Of a DNA stretch of 53,900 nucleotides, positions 19,240-29,133 are shown piece after piece. Source of the stretch: an uncultured Oligoflexus sp. (GTDB lineage: Bacteria; Bdellovibrionota_B; Oligoflexia; Oligoflexales; Oligoflexaceae); assembly GCA_964236955.1 (NCBI GenBank), contig CAXSGP010000001.1:1-53900 (forward strand), given 5' to 3'. The position numbers and the translations under genes are program-made. Position 1 is the first letter of the stretch; every line of letters begins with the position of its first letter. Below the pieces are notes generated by a model. It ran no database searches and was not told where the DNA came from. It saw only the letters and a program-made list of their open reading frames with translations.

Positions 19240-19995
19240 TCAATGCAAACGACTGATGGACGGCTGAAAACGTTCGCGGCCCCGAAAGGTCACGGCGATC
19301 ACAGATTTCGTATTTTGGTCAGAACTTCCGATGGCGACGGATTCGTTCACCGGCATGACAAATCCTGCCGACACGAGCTTTTCATTGACGCTTACGCTTG
19401 GCGATTCCGTCATGAGGGCCAATCCATCGGTGGTTTCTGCTATCAGCGTTTGGCCAGCCGGAATCTGCCAGCGTTCTATCAAAGTCTCCGGAACTTGAAA
19501 GAGGATGCTCTTCGGAGGGCTCTGCAAGAGTCCGGCGGGGCGATTGTCGTGGCTTCGAAAGATTCTAACCGAGGGTTCAGCGATGCCGCCCAAGGCCTCG
19601 GGTTTTCTGACCTCAAGTTCGATAGCCTGGATCTTCGGATGATCCTCGCTGGGAGGAGTCAGGAGGAATATGGCCAGGGCTTCTGCCGCACTTTCAAGCA
19701 ATCGAAAGCGTGAGTGAGTCAAAATAAACGCAAGCTGTTTTGCCACCAGGGAATAGTCGACGGTGTGGGAAAGTATGCCAGTTGCCGCTGCTGCTGAGGT
19801 ATCCAGGTAGATCATGACATCGAGTTTAAGGGTCTGGGGTCGCATTTTTTCTTCGGGATGCACCCCAATCACGCATTGAACGTCAAGGTCCCTTAGGGTG
19901 ATTCTATCCAATGGGCGGCCGGTAATCTCAGATAACACATGCATAACGATCCCCCTCGCGGCCTCTTTGTAATACGTCCGAGCTGACTTGTCCAT
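19240..19995 (-). CDS. folB: Dihydroneopterin aldolase with C-terminal extension
   Basis: DRITLRDL...IGVHPEEK..PQ.L.LD, TVDYS, FRLLESAAE, EVRKPEA; about 100 extra C-terminal residues. Confidence 0.82.
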   Translation of the reverse strand: MDKSARTYYKEAARGIVMHVLSEITGRPLDRITLRDLDVQCVIGVHPEEKMRPQTLKLDVMIYLDTSAAAATGILSHTVDYSLVAKQLAFILTHSRFRLLESAAEALAIFLLTPPSEDHPKIQAIELEVRKPEALGGIAEPSVRIFRSHDNRPAGLLQSPPKSILFQVPETLIERWQIPAGQTLIAETTDGLALMTESPSVSVNEKLVSAGFVMPVNESVAIGSSDQNTKSVIAVTFRGRERFQPSISRLH

Positions 19996-20078
19996 GGAAG
20001 GCTGATGACTATTTTCTTTTATGACTTGGCATGGTAGCTTCCGCCTTCGTCCCTTACGGCAGCCCGAGAGGTCATCCT

Positions 20079-20837
20079 ATGGAAAATAACCTTATTGAAC
20101 TCAAGCTAAATAGCCAAAATGACAATATCTTCGCGGGCCAGCATTATCCGAAGCCTTTTGCCTTCAATCATGAGGTGGCGGAAGTGTTTGACGACATGGT
20201 CCAACGTTCGATTCCCCTCTATCAAGACGTGACTCGATTTACGGCAGACTGGGTGCTTCATTTCTATCAACAGGGGACTTCCATCATCGATATCGGCTGC
20301 TCCACGGGCACCACCACGCACCAGATTGCTCATCGCCTGGCGGCCCCCGCCCAATTTTTAGCCATCGACAGTAGCGAGGCCATGATAGCCAGAGCCGAGG
20401 AAAAGCTTGCCGACCTTCCCGGCCGTCATCGACTTGAGCTGCTATGCATCGATGTGATGGCCGTGGCTTTGCCCAAGGCTTCGGCGGTCGTCATCAACTA
20501 CACGCTGCAATTTCTTCCCGTCAGCCAACGCACAACTTTGCTGCAGCGCATTTGGGATAGTTTGGTACCGGGTGGCATTCTTTTGATAAGCGAAAAGGTA
20601 CGCCTCAATTCGCCTTCGTTTCAGGAACTCGGTACCAAGCTCTACGAGCAGTTCAAAGAAAAGCAGGGGTACAGCCGCACCGAAATCGAAAAGAAAAAGG
20701 AAGCTCTGGAGAATGTGCTGATTCCATTTACCGAGGATGAACATCGCCATCTGCTCAAACTCTCCGGTTTTTCTCATATCGAGTCGGTGATGAAGTGGAA
20801 CAATTTCATGACGCTCGTCGCCATGAAGGGATATTGA
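20079..20837 (+). CDS. cmoA: Carboxy-S-adenosyl-L-methionine synthase
   Basis: FAFNHEVAEVFDDMVQRSIPLY, DIGCSTG, NYTLQF, SEKV, GYS..EI.KK.EALENVL, KWNNF. Confidence 0.93.
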   Translation: MENNLIELKLNSQNDNIFAGQHYPKPFAFNHEVAEVFDDMVQRSIPLYQDVTRFTADWVLHFYQQGTSIIDIGCSTGTTTHQIAHRLAAPAQFLAIDSSEAMIARAEEKLADLPGRHRLELLCIDVMAVALPKASAVVINYTLQFLPVSQRTTLLQRIWDSLVPGGILLISEKVRLNSPSFQELGTKLYEQFKEKQGYSRTEIEKKKEALENVLIPFTEDEHRHLLKLSGFSHIESVMKWNNFMTLVAMKGY

Positions 20838-20839
20838 CT

Positions 20840-21796
20840 ATGCTTCCACAATGGGCCGCATGGCTTTCGCCACAGGTCGATAAGATTGCTCTTTCGGCCC
20901 TAAGGGATTGCCTTAACGAAAAACTTCTTGATCGACGATGGGAGCGCTGGAGAGAGGGTGCGGATGCGGTGGTTGCCGTCAAAGCTGATTTTCTAAAGGT
21001 GACGGCCGGAACGGTCTGCCTGGGTTCCCATCAGGCCCTGTCCGACTCTGATGCCGCTAAAATCGATTATGGGCTGAAAGCCTTTTTACCCTGGAAAAAG
21101 GGGCCTTATTCGATTTTCGGACGGGAGATCGACAGCGAATGGCGCTCCGATCTCAAGTGGGATCGTATCGCACCTTTTCTCGGCAGCATCGAAGGCCAGG
21201 TGATCGCCGATATCGGCTGTCACAACGGCTACTACATGTATAGGCTAAGGGATTTAGGAGCCAAATGCGTACTGGGTTTCGAACCGATGCCGATCAACTT
21301 TTACAATCATCAACTTCTGCAGAATATTTATCCCGTCCCTGAAATCAGTCTGGAATTGTTTGGGGTCGAGCATATCGATCTCTTCCCTGAGAGCTTTGAT
21401 GCGATACTGTGCATGGGCATACTCTATCACCATACGGACCCCGTGGGACTTTTGAGAAAGATGCGCAGAGCTTTGCACCCCAAAGGCCGCATCATCATCG
21501 ATTGCCAGGGCATCGCTGGTGCCGACAGTCTGTCACTGACGCCGACGGGCCGCTATGCGGGCGCAACAGGGGTATGGTTTCTTCCGACCCTGACTTGTCT
21601 ACAGAATTGGATCAGACGCGCGGGTTTCAGTCAGCAGACGGTCATCTATTCAGCGCCTTTGGATTCCAAGGAACAAAGAGCAACTCCATGGGCCGAGCTT
21701 AAGAGTTTGAGTGATTTTTTGGATAAAGGGGATAAAAGCAAAACAGTGGAGGGACATCCCGCCCCGTGGCGGCATTATTTAATGGTTAAAATATAA
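20840..21796 (+). CDS. cmoB: tRNA 5-methoxyuridine(34)/uridine 5-oxyacetic acid(34) synthase
   Basis: PWKKGPY, IDSEWRSDLKW, DIGCHNGYY, MGILYH, RYA...VWFLP, EQRATPW, TVEGHPAP; directly after cmoA. Confidence 0.93.
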   Translation: MLPQWAAWLSPQVDKIALSALRDCLNEKLLDRRWERWREGADAVVAVKADFLKVTAGTVCLGSHQALSDSDAAKIDYGLKAFLPWKKGPYSIFGREIDSEWRSDLKWDRIAPFLGSIEGQVIADIGCHNGYYMYRLRDLGAKCVLGFEPMPINFYNHQLLQNIYPVPEISLELFGVEHIDLFPESFDAILCMGILYHHTDPVGLLRKMRRALHPKGRIIIDCQGIAGADSLSLTPTGRYAGATGVWFLPTLTCLQNWIRRAGFSQQTVIYSAPLDSKEQRATPWAELKSLSDFLDKGDKSKTVEGHPAPWRHYLMVKI

Positions 21797-21855
21797 ATGG
21801 CAGGCCAATGGGGCGCTATTTGCAATGGCCTGCAGGAAAGAGATCGTAAAAAAGA

Positions 21856-22944
21856 TTATAGCGATCGCGTCAGTAGATTGAGTTTTTCACGGCGATCCAA
21901 AGCAAGATCTAAAAGCTTCCCTACCAGCTGGGTTCCGCTAAAGCCGGCATGTTCAAACAGCTGAGGATATTGGGAAATCACGGTGAATCCGGGCAAAGTA
22001 TTGGCCTCGTTAAAGTAGAACGAGTTATCCTGTTTATTGAGAAACAGATCGATTCGCGACAGGCCATAGAGATTTAATGCATTAAAGATTTTCCTCGCCA
22101 TCGCCGCCCCTTCCTTAGCCAGGGAGACATCAAGCTTGGCAGGAACATTGACCGTTGCTTTGCTTGTCTTCGAATATTTTTCTTCGTAAGTATAAAATCC
22201 CTCCTCAACGCCCACTTCACCGGCGGCACTGATTTGAGGATCATAACCACCGAGACAGGCATACTCAATCTCCCGGACATTCATCGCCGTTTCGAGAAGT
22301 ATGCGCTCATCAAATCTTAGAGCAAAGGCAATAGCCTCTTTCAGTTCAGCTGCGTTGCCAGCCTTTCTTATACCAACCGAACTACCAAGGCTGGCAGGCT
22401 TCACAAAGATAGGAAAACCAAGGGTCTTTTCAGCGTTTTTCAGAAATTCCGGGGCCAACGCGTCCCACTCGGCAGTGCGGAGTGCCAGATAGGGCACAAT
22501 CGGCACACCAGCCGCTGCAACCAATTGTTTGGCCACGACTTTATCCATCGCTATCGCCGAACCTAAGAGCGAGGGACCCACATAAGCCACGTCCTTCAAA
22601 TCGAAAAATCCCTGAAGACAACCGTCTTCTCCAGTCGTACCATGAATGATATTAAATACGACGGCATTGGTAACTCTTCCTTCACGGCTCCAGAACGCTT
22701 CCAGCAACTGCTTACTTTCCTCATCGCCATGAGCGTGGGAGGCAACCGGAAGGGAAACGGGCACCGACTTCTCGAGAGCCAATCGATTCTGAGCGTGCCA
22801 GACGCCACCTTTATCAACTGCGAAAGCATAGGGCTCGAATCGGCTGCGATCGATATTTTTATAGATATAAGAAGCACTGCGGCAGGACACTTCGTGCTCG
22901 GTCGATCGCCCTCCGTAAACAACAATCGCTCTGATCTTGCCCAT
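21856..22944 (-). CDS. ddl: D-alanine--D-alanine ligase
   Basis: YGGRSTEHEVS, HGTTGEDG, FVKPASLGSSVG, FYTYEEKY, RIDLF, NEANTLPGFT. Confidence 0.95.
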   Translation of the reverse strand: MGKIRAIVVYGGRSTEHEVSCRSASYIYKNIDRSRFEPYAFAVDKGGVWHAQNRLALEKSVPVSLPVASHAHGDEESKQLLEAFWSREGRVTNAVVFNIIHGTTGEDGCLQGFFDLKDVAYVGPSLLGSAIAMDKVVAKQLVAAAGVPIVPYLALRTAEWDALAPEFLKNAEKTLGFPIFVKPASLGSSVGIRKAGNAAELKEAIAFALRFDERILLETAMNVREIEYACLGGYDPQISAAGEVGVEEGFYTYEEKYSKTSKATVNVPAKLDVSLAKEGAAMARKIFNALNLYGLSRIDLFLNKQDNSFYFNEANTLPGFTVISQYPQLFEHAGFSGTQLVGKLLDLALDRREKLNLLTRSL

Positions 22945-23102
22945 AGGTTTTCTCCTTAGCTTACCCTCCTTATCCTAACAGAGAAGAGGAGGGAGGCAAA
23001 CTCATTTTGAAGCGAAATTGAGGGGAAGAAAGGCCACGTCACGCGCTTCGAGACCTATAAAAAACCGGCTTACGGGGCGAGGGAGGAGATTCCTGTCAAC
23101 GA

Positions 23103-23624
23103 CTATTGCAGGGAGAGGACGAGTTCTGGCTCTGTCATTACACCATTGTCTATGGTGTTTTTCCAGGAGGCCTTGATGACAAAAGTTTTGCTTTTGCCTT
23201 CCGAAAAACTCAAGGTCTGCACGAGCGCCAGCGAGGCTTGAGTCAATTGAAAGCTCAGGCTGCTCTCCTCGTTATTGCCGCCAATCACTTTGGGAGCGAA
23301 GGCAATGGTCAGTCCAGTATACTCCTTGCCGATATAGTCCTTAGCATTAAGGGACACAAGAATCTGCGGTCGATCCACAATCTTGAAGGGGGTCGGAGTA
23401 CCCAGGAGAATGGCACTCTCAGTCGGACTGTTCAAAGTGATCGACTGCACGTCATAAGTTTGAAACTGCGGATCTTTAGTTCCCGTGGCGCCGACCGGCG
23501 CTCTCTCGATCCCATACATTTGTATCTCGATGAGCGTTTCGTCGCTGAATCCGCCGCAGCCCGCCAGCGACGAGACGAAAAGTATCTTAGCTAATAATTT
23601 GGTTATGGTAAGTTTTTTGATCAT
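23103..23624 (-). CDS. Hypothetical lipoprotein (beta-rich)
   Basis: SD AAAGGGGG, lipobox SSLAG-C, 173 aa. Confidence 0.7.
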   Translation of the reverse strand: MIKKLTITKLLAKILFVSSLAGCGGFSDETLIEIQMYGIERAPVGATGTKDPQFQTYDVQSITLNSPTESAILLGTPTPFKIVDRPQILVSLNAKDYIGKEYTGLTIAFAPKVIGGNNEESSLSFQLTQASLALVQTLSFSEGKSKTFVIKASWKNTIDNGVMTEPELVLSLQ

Positions 23625-23639
23625 GGTTCCCCCCTTTCT

Positions 23640-23667
23640 CTATCGGCAGAACTTGCCCGAAACTAAG
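23640..23667 (-). promoter_or_regulatory. Sigma28 (FliA)-like promoter
   Basis: Minus strand CTTAG-N15-GCCGATAG just upstream of the lipoprotein SD (consensus TAAAG-N14-GCCGATAA; spacer one base long). Confidence 0.5.
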
Positions 23668-23712
23668 CTTCTGCTATGCTGAATGTATTCTTCCATGCAA
23701 AGGCGGGGCAAA

Positions 23713-23922
23713 ATGCTTCCAAGACCAATAAAAACACACTATTTTACAATGGTTCTCGCTCTTTTGCCTTTGGCCGGCTGCGGCAAGAAAAGCAAGGCTC
23801 AAAATCCCGATCCGGTCGCCGCCCCTGGAGGCACGACGATAAACGGGCTTCCGGCGGCTTTCAGCACCTGGGATCTAAAGTCAGATTTTTCAACGGCTGA
23901 CCTCAAAGCAAAGGATCTCTAA
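23713..23922 (+). CDS. Small lipoprotein (69 aa)
   Basis: Lipobox LLPLAG-C then GKKSK and a Pro/Ala linker; stop lies 1 nt before the peptidase start. Confidence 0.6.
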   Translation: MLPRPIKTHYFTMVLALLPLAGCGKKSKAQNPDPVAAPGGTTINGLPAAFSTWDLKSDFSTADLKAKDL

Positions 23923-23923
23923 A

Positions 23924-25465
23924 TTGAAACCATCATTTCTAGGTCCTCTGCTCGTTAGCGGCCTGCACCTATCTCTGGTTTATCCTGATCCACAGGTTCC
24001 CGTCGGTGCCAAGGGTTACGCCCGCTACGTGGTTCGGGATTCACAGTTGAAAGATCATCCTTTGAAAAAGGGAACCCAAATCCTAAGCCTCCAGCCTGAT
24101 CGCATGGAATTCCTGGTTCCAATTGATGATTTGCGTGAGCTCGATACGCTTGGCAGCATCAGCCACGATGCGACCGGACTTTGCGGCAGCTTTGATTTTT
24201 TTCCCCTGCACTACCAGATGGCTGAATCCATTTCCCATACCCCTCCCTTCTTTGCGGCTAGCGCCCATTTTACCACTTTGGAACCGATCCTTGAGGATGT
24301 GACCCTCAGCAATATCGATGCCACGATCAATACCCTCGCCGCGCTTCCGTCCCGCTTTCACAAGCACAGCACCGGCCAAAACGCGAGCGAAACGATCAGC
24401 GGAATATGGAAAAGCCAAACCCAGAATTCGAACGCTTGGTCGATCGCGGAATTTCCTCACCGCAACACGGCCCAGCGTTCGGTTATTGCCAGACTGGAAG
24501 GCCAATCAAGCGATACCGTAGTCTTGGGCGCGCACCTCGATAGCATTACCGGCGCCAGTCGCAGCAACCCTGAAACAGCCGCGCCAGGCGCCGATGACGA
24601 TGCATCGGGGATCGCGATCCTTGCCGAAATCATGCGCATCATCGAGTCTCGTCATCTCCGCTTCCATCGCAGCATAGAATTTCAGGGCTATGCAGCCGAG
24701 GAGGTTGGTCTGGTCGGCAGCCGCGAAATTGCGGCGAATTATAGAGCCAGCGGCAAGCTTATCGATGCCATGCTGCAATTTGATATGGCCTACTACAGCC
24801 GGGTCGCCGCCGATGGTGGCCTATTATTTTTCCTTGAGGACTTTACGACGCTTGATTTAACCCGAAGCGGAATTCAATGGATAAAGGGCTACATGGGTGA
24901 AGTATATAGGCGGGGAGCGATGCCGCAGGGCGCCGCTTCCGATCACAAGGCCTGGTTTGAGCAGGGGTACCCAACACTTTTTCCCTTTGAAAACGCCTTG
25001 GCCGACAACCCTTTTATTCATTCGATAAGTGATACGCGGGATCAGTTTGACGATGGTATCCGGATTCGGCGCATGGTTCAATTCGGCCTATTATTCCTGG
25101 CTTACGAAGCAGGGTTGGAAAGTCTTGATTCCCCTTACGCCCCCGAGCAGGAACGCTTAAGGCAGATCCCCATCTCAGCCGACCTTTTTCTGGCCGTAAG
25201 CGGCGGCAGCGGTCAGTATCAGTTTTCTCTGTCGGCACCCGCTGACAGCAACTTTTTGGAATTCTGCCAAACCGAAAGCGCGAGCGACTTTCGCTGTAGC
25301 GGCACACGCTTTCGTTTGACTCAAAAACTTGCTATTTCAGGACGTCAGGTTTTTTTCAGTGATGAAAACCTGAAATTTAATGCGGATGAAAAATGGCGAG
25401 TGGAAGCCTATAGTGCCAGCGATGAGTTGCTGGCACGCCGGCAGATAGAGTGGCAGAAACCTTAG
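23924..25465 (+). CDS. M28-family Zn aminopeptidase (bacterial leucyl aminopeptidase-like) with C-terminal extra domain
   Basis: GAHLDS, PGADDDASG, YAAEEVGLVGS, LQFDM, SDH, NPFIHS; TTG start with AAGGA SD. Confidence 0.9.
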   Translation: MKPSFLGPLLVSGLHLSLVYPDPQVPVGAKGYARYVVRDSQLKDHPLKKGTQILSLQPDRMEFLVPIDDLRELDTLGSISHDATGLCGSFDFFPLHYQMAESISHTPPFFAASAHFTTLEPILEDVTLSNIDATINTLAALPSRFHKHSTGQNASETISGIWKSQTQNSNAWSIAEFPHRNTAQRSVIARLEGQSSDTVVLGAHLDSITGASRSNPETAAPGADDDASGIAILAEIMRIIESRHLRFHRSIEFQGYAAEEVGLVGSREIAANYRASGKLIDAMLQFDMAYYSRVAADGGLLFFLEDFTTLDLTRSGIQWIKGYMGEVYRRGAMPQGAASDHKAWFEQGYPTLFPFENALADNPFIHSISDTRDQFDDGIRIRRMVQFGLLFLAYEAGLESLDSPYAPEQERLRQIPISADLFLAVSGGSGQYQFSLSAPADSNFLEFCQTESASDFRCSGTRFRLTQKLAISGRQVFFSDENLKFNADEKWRVEAYSASDELLARRQIEWQKP

Positions 25466-26061
25466 AGATCGATCCACAGGGCGAGCTGAGGCATAACAAA
25501 TTTATCACTCTCCTTAGGCTTCAGGCTGGTGCTGACTCCGTTTACTTCCTTTTTATTATATTCGAACTGATAGATGCCAAGTAATGGGCCGACTCGAACG
25601 CTGCTTACTTTGAAACCATATCCCAATTCGATTATATAGGCCGACTTGCAAAAGAAAGTCGTGCTCAACGTTTCGATGCTTTTTTTAGCCGCAAGCAATA
25701 CGCTGGCATGGGCGACGATGCCTTCAGCCCCCGAATACCCGAGGCTTATACCCGGACCATGAAAGACCGCAGTAGAGGCCGAAGGATTACCCGGCGAGCT
25801 GACTTTGGTTGCCAATTCGCCCTGTAAATACTTGAGACCTAGGCACAATCCTCGCAAATTATAACAAACTCCTAAATTTATAAAGGTGTAGGTTTCCTTT
25901 TGTGTGATACGGTCCGTCGTGTCAGCAGTACTGGGATAATCGCGCTTGGTTGCATTTTGAAAGTAGAAAAGCGATAGACTCGGCGTCAAAATTTGAGCCG
26001 ACGCGATGTCCGCGGCTCCCAACACCCAAAAACTTACCATCAAAAAAATAAATCTCGACAT
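25462..26061 (-). CDS. Small outer-membrane beta-barrel protein (probably 8 strands)
   Basis: Signal peptide (..ADIASA), alternating strands (GLCLGLKY, ELGYGFKV, VRVGPLLG), C-terminal LALWIDL; SD AGGAG. Confidence 0.65.
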   Translation of the reverse strand: MSRFIFLMVSFWVLGAADIASAQILTPSLSLFYFQNATKRDYPSTADTTDRITQKETYTFINLGVCYNLRGLCLGLKYLQGELATKVSSPGNPSASTAVFHGPGISLGYSGAEGIVAHASVLLAAKKSIETLSTTFFCKSAYIIELGYGFKVSSVRVGPLLGIYQFEYNKKEVNGVSTSLKPKESDKFVMPQLALWIDL

Positions 26062-26088
26062 AGGCCCATTCTCCTATACGGCTCTCTC

Positions 26089-26115
26089 TTGTCGGCAAAA
26101 GCCGGCAGGACATGA
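26089..26115 (-). promoter_or_regulatory. Sigma28 (FliA)-like promoter
   Basis: Minus strand TCATG-N14-GCCGACAA upstream of the OMP gene. Confidence 0.5.
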
Positions 26116-26292
26116 GAGCCAGAGTATCCACGCCGGGCTTCGGCCTGGATTCAGGCAGGCCAAACCGAACTTGCATGCCTCTGCTATCAGCAACCCCTAC
26201 GTCGCCACCTGCGCTCTATGAAAATCGCTCTCGTCTCCCCCGCATTCTCTGTGGTAAAGATGAACCATATCCCTTTCATAGAGGATGGACTT

Positions 26293-29133
26293 ATGAGCGC
26301 AAAGCTCCATCTGCTCCCGCCCGATCAATGTCTTGTCGAACAGGTGGCCAGAAACTTCCAGTCTCTTTCGATAGAAACCCTGAGGCGAACTATCCTGGTC
26401 GTGCCGACCCAAAGATTAGGCACGGCACTGCTGGTGAGATTGCTGTCAACTCGTCCGGCATTGGTTCCACCCCATATCGTTACGCTTGAAGCACTGATTC
26501 GTAACGCCGGTGCCGAAGGCAATGAAGGCCTCGCGATCGCCCATGATGCGACGATCGACCTCATTTTGCGGCAGCGGCTCGACGAGCATCCTTATAAACA
26601 CCTCAAGCTTGGGCACGAACGTGAGCTCCGTCTGCTTTATGGCGAACTCTATGATCATCGCCTGCGGAGCGAGGGCCTGATCAAACTCCAGTCAGCTATC
26701 GCCGAAGACATCTATAAAAACGAGAGCCATCTCGGCAGCCTCTATGATAGGGCCACCGAGATCGCGGCAATTTTGGATTTTCTTGATGCAAGACTTTCCG
26801 AACTCCATCTCATGCCGCGCTCGCAGTATCTGTCGCGATCCGCCTCACGCCTCAGCGGAAGCTGGAAGGAGCAGACCAAAGATTTTGAAAGAATTACTTT
26901 AATCGGTTTTACCAGCATGGCTACCAGCTGGCAAACCCTGCTGCCTACTCTAATCGATGATGAGAGGGTTGAACTCTGGTTAAGCGAAGCCCCCCGTCTC
27001 TACCATCCATCAAGTCCACTGAAAGAGCTTTTGAAAACGATACGCGGCCTAGGGCCGGAAGAGAGGGTGGTTGCAGGCATCGAGAAACCTCATCAGGTTT
27101 TTCAATGTTTTGTGGCACAAAACATCAGGGAGGAAATCGTCTGGGCCAATCGCATGGTACACAAAGCCCTCCAACAGGGCTTCTCTCCGGCCCGCATCGG
27201 TCTGCTCGTCACCGACGAAAACCTTTATGGTACAGCGATCCGCAGTATATTTGCCGAACAGACCTTCGAATGCAATATCGCCTTACCGGAAAGTTGGGGG
27301 GGGACCCTTGCGGGCCGGCATCTCTACTCGCTCCTGCAGTTTTGGAAGGAAAAACAAAACCTCGCCAGCCTCCTGGCGTGGATCGACCATCCCCTGTCGC
27401 GAGCGCAATGGGACCCTTCAAAACTTGATGGTTTAAAACGCGGTATAATGCAGAGTGGAGTGCCCTCAGGACTCGATCCCATCCGGAGCGAACTCAAAGA
27501 GGATCTGCGGGAAGACTTTGACGATGTCGCCCTGGCCCTCACCCCCCTGCGTATGGATCAGATCCTACCTCTTTCCGCCTGGCTGGAAAACCTGCAGCAC
27601 TACATTGATCACTTTGATTATTGGAATAGTTTTCCCTCGCGCGATCTGATGCAATCGAGCCAGGAGCTTTATGAAGATTTTATCGCGTCGCTGCGAGCCT
27701 TTGGTAGCCAGCAACCTTTGATGACAGGACACAGCTTTTGGGACTTGCTGGAAAGCCATTTGCTCAAAGGAAGCGTGCGTGGCACCGGTGAGCCATTGGC
27801 GGGCATTCAGATTCTCAGTCTGGCCGAGGCACGCTATTTTCCTTTTGAATTTGTCATCATCATCGGTTGTCACGAGGGCTGTTTCCCGAAAGCTTTGCCT
27901 CAGGATGAACTGCTCGACAATTATCTAAAAAAACTTATCGGTCTGCCCGGCTGGGAAGTCCTGGAGGCGATGGAAGATCAGACTTTTCACCTGCTCAAAG
28001 CCAGGCTCCCTCATCTCATCATGCTGCGCTCCTCGCGTCTTGGTGAAGAGCATTTGGTTCGTTCGCGTTTTACCGAGGCTTTGATGGCACGGGAAACCAC
28101 GCAGGAAATTCAACTGGAAGCCCCTTATTCCCTTAGCAAAAGTGGCGAAAGCCCGCTTGAGGATGAGGGTCTTGTCGAGGGTTGGCTCGATATCAGCACG
28201 GCCCGTATGTCGGCCAGCCGACTCGACAAACTTCTGCATTGCCCCTATAGCTTTCTCCTAGAAAGTCTCGGCATCAGGGGAACAGCGGGCCAGGCCGATG
28301 ATACCGATAGCCGCCGTGAGGGGGAATGGCTGCATTCGGTGCTCCAGACCTTTATTACCGGTCAGGGTCCACGAGGCAAGATTCTTGAGCCCTGGGTACC
28401 CGATGACGAAGACGATGCTCTGGAACGAGCGCAGACGAGAATAAATTTTCTCACCGATCGTATGGTGCCCTACGACCTTAAGGAGTCAGCTCTAGTCCAG
28501 CATCTCAAAAATCATGCCTGGCCACGCTATCTCAAACATCTTCTCCATCAGATCGGGCCAAACAAATCGCTCAGGGAGTTCGCCTTTGGGCAAAGCCATG
28601 CGCCGGTCACGATAGAGCTCCGAGGCAAGGTGCGGGAACTCCACGGACGCATCGATGCACTGGATTTTTCCAGTCAATGGTCCTTCGTCACCGACTATAA
28701 GAGGAGGACGATTCCTGTGCTCGATAAATCCAAGAAGGGACTCAATGCCCAGCTTTCGCTTTATGCCCTGGCCCTCAAACAGCGTAGCCCGCAACGGCCT
28801 CTGCCGCCGCTGGTGCTCGGATATTGGAACATTTATCAAGGCATATGGACCGCACACGGGGTCGATGAAGAGCACCGCCAACTCCTGATAACCGAGGGCC
28901 TTTGCACGAAGGGCACCCCTTCGACCGAAGCCCTGACCGATGAATTGATGAAGACCTGGCGTTGGCGCGAAGAAGACATTCTAGCGAAAAAACGTTTTTA
29001 TGCTGATCCGGGCCAATGCCAGCTCTGCGATTACGGAGGCCTTTGCCGGAAGGACGATCCTCGTATTCGTGAGCGCATGGCCGAGCAGAACACCCTGGCT
29101 CGAAAACTCGAGGGGAACGGACCGGATGCATAA
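26293..29133 (+). CDS. addB: AddB/RexB-like inactive helicase plus PD-(D/E)XK nuclease with Fe-S cluster
   Basis: LVVPTQR, SASRLDKLLHCPYSF, GRIDALD..VTDYK, QLSLYA, CQLCDYGGLC; precedes addA; ATG 26293 with GAGGA SD. Confidence 0.88.
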   Translation: MSAKLHLLPPDQCLVEQVARNFQSLSIETLRRTILVVPTQRLGTALLVRLLSTRPALVPPHIVTLEALIRNAGAEGNEGLAIAHDATIDLILRQRLDEHPYKHLKLGHERELRLLYGELYDHRLRSEGLIKLQSAIAEDIYKNESHLGSLYDRATEIAAILDFLDARLSELHLMPRSQYLSRSASRLSGSWKEQTKDFERITLIGFTSMATSWQTLLPTLIDDERVELWLSEAPRLYHPSSPLKELLKTIRGLGPEERVVAGIEKPHQVFQCFVAQNIREEIVWANRMVHKALQQGFSPARIGLLVTDENLYGTAIRSIFAEQTFECNIALPESWGGTLAGRHLYSLLQFWKEKQNLASLLAWIDHPLSRAQWDPSKLDGLKRGIMQSGVPSGLDPIRSELKEDLREDFDDVALALTPLRMDQILPLSAWLENLQHYIDHFDYWNSFPSRDLMQSSQELYEDFIASLRAFGSQQPLMTGHSFWDLLESHLLKGSVRGTGEPLAGIQILSLAEARYFPFEFVIIIGCHEGCFPKALPQDELLDNYLKKLIGLPGWEVLEAMEDQTFHLLKARLPHLIMLRSSRLGEEHLVRSRFTEALMARETTQEIQLEAPYSLSKSGESPLEDEGLVEGWLDISTARMSASRLDKLLHCPYSFLLESLGIRGTAGQADDTDSRREGEWLHSVLQTFITGQGPRGKILEPWVPDDEDDALERAQTRINFLTDRMVPYDLKESALVQHLKNHAWPRYLKHLLHQIGPNKSLREFAFGQSHAPVTIELRGKVRELHGRIDALDFSSQWSFVTDYKRRTIPVLDKSKKGLNAQLSLYALALKQRSPQRPLPPLVLGYWNIYQGIWTAHGVDEEHRQLLITEGLCTKGTPSTEALTDELMKTWRWREEDILAKKRFYADPGQCQLCDYGGLCRKDDPRIRERMAEQNTLARKLEGNGPDA

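Noticed and set aside
21856..22944. Possible Van-type D-Ala-D-Lac ligase
   Set aside because: Omega loop FYTYEEKY keeps the Tyr of ordinary Ddl; no vanH or vanX neighbours
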